Under the pieces are notes generated by a model that worked only from the letters and a program-made list of their open reading frames with translations, ran no database searches and was not told where the DNA came from. From Perna viridis (taxonomy: Eukaryota), in assembly GCA_037379345.1 (NCBI GenBank), contig CM074516.1, positions 5,890,001 through 5,954,000 on the forward strand: a DNA stretch of 64,000 nt. Reading direction: 5' to 3'. This document shows, one piece after another, positions 63,346 through 64,000 of the stretch. A program made the position numbers and the translations under genes. The first letter of the stretch is position 1. Each line of letters opens with the position of its first letter.

Positions 63346-64000
63346 TATATTGGTGCTAAACTGCAACCAAGAAAATATGATCTGACTGAATTCTCCAGAC
63401 AGTTTGACCTCAGATAACTTTTGAACTGAGACTGCCATGGTCAGTTGGGAATAAAACTTTATCTTCACAATTAGTTCAGTAGTGCTTGACTTTTCCATGA
63501 CCAAACCATGACATGGACTCTGTTTTCAAACTGCTTCTAATATTTTTATGATAATGAATATTTCTTGAAATATTTACAATATCTTATGATTCAGAGAGAA
63601 AATTGTTATTTAATCCATGGAACTTCAAATTGATATGTCTGTTCAGTCTCTATTGTAAGTTGATTTTGTAATGCAATCTTGTATATGATTGGTTCTTTCT
63701 TTTTATCAACTCATTTATGATTGGCTCATTTGAAATTTTAATCAAAATAATTTACCTTTTCTAAGCCAGTATAATCTCCAATCCAAAAGAATATAAATCC
63801 TGTTTGGTTTTGAGTAATTGGTAATTAAATCTCAGTTAGGGAGGATATTTTTTTACTGTTTCACTCATTTTTTATAGTCAATTTTGGTTCATTAAGCCAA
63901 GGAAAGATTGATTGAAATTGAAGTTTGAAGGAAAGCTACCATTAGTCAACTCATAGTTTCTAATGTTTGCCGATTGCATATTGGTTCCTGTACGATGGTA

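Overview
AT-rich, strongly CpG-depleted eukaryotic (animal) DNA. The repeat families resemble those of bivalve molluscs, probably a mytilid; this is from recognition, not a search. There are no prokaryotic features, and almost all ORFs in the supplied track are noise from repeats. The only unambiguous coding sequence is missing from that track: a 118-nt exon at 60086-60203 (+), with AG and GTAAGT boundaries. It encodes IYTDWANHYLEKARNKRFISDLQQDVSDGVLLADVIEAV, the first half of the calponin-homology (CH) domain of a neuron navigator (NAV/UNC-53/sickie). The preceding ~60 kb is therefore best read as the very long 5' intronic region of this gene. Several candidate splicing features lie in it: (1) short ATG-initiated exons ending at phase-0 donors that would join in frame to the CH exon, best at 8187-8273, 12303-12338 and 56905-56982, the last with an MGxxxS myristoylation motif; (2) a candidate recursive-splicing site at 4318/4319 with a 27-nt stop-containing exon; (3) a candidate 48-nt symmetric cassette exon. 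Just downstream, a tandem triplication of the CH exon's 3' half duplicates its splice donor. The rest is a 5'-truncated RTE-clade LINE with an exact 14-bp target-site duplication (TSD), a tRNA-derived SINE, many MITEs and foldback elements, and minisatellites, several demonstrably amplified from parts of dispersed elements. All splicing hypotheses beyond the CH exon are inference and need transcript data.
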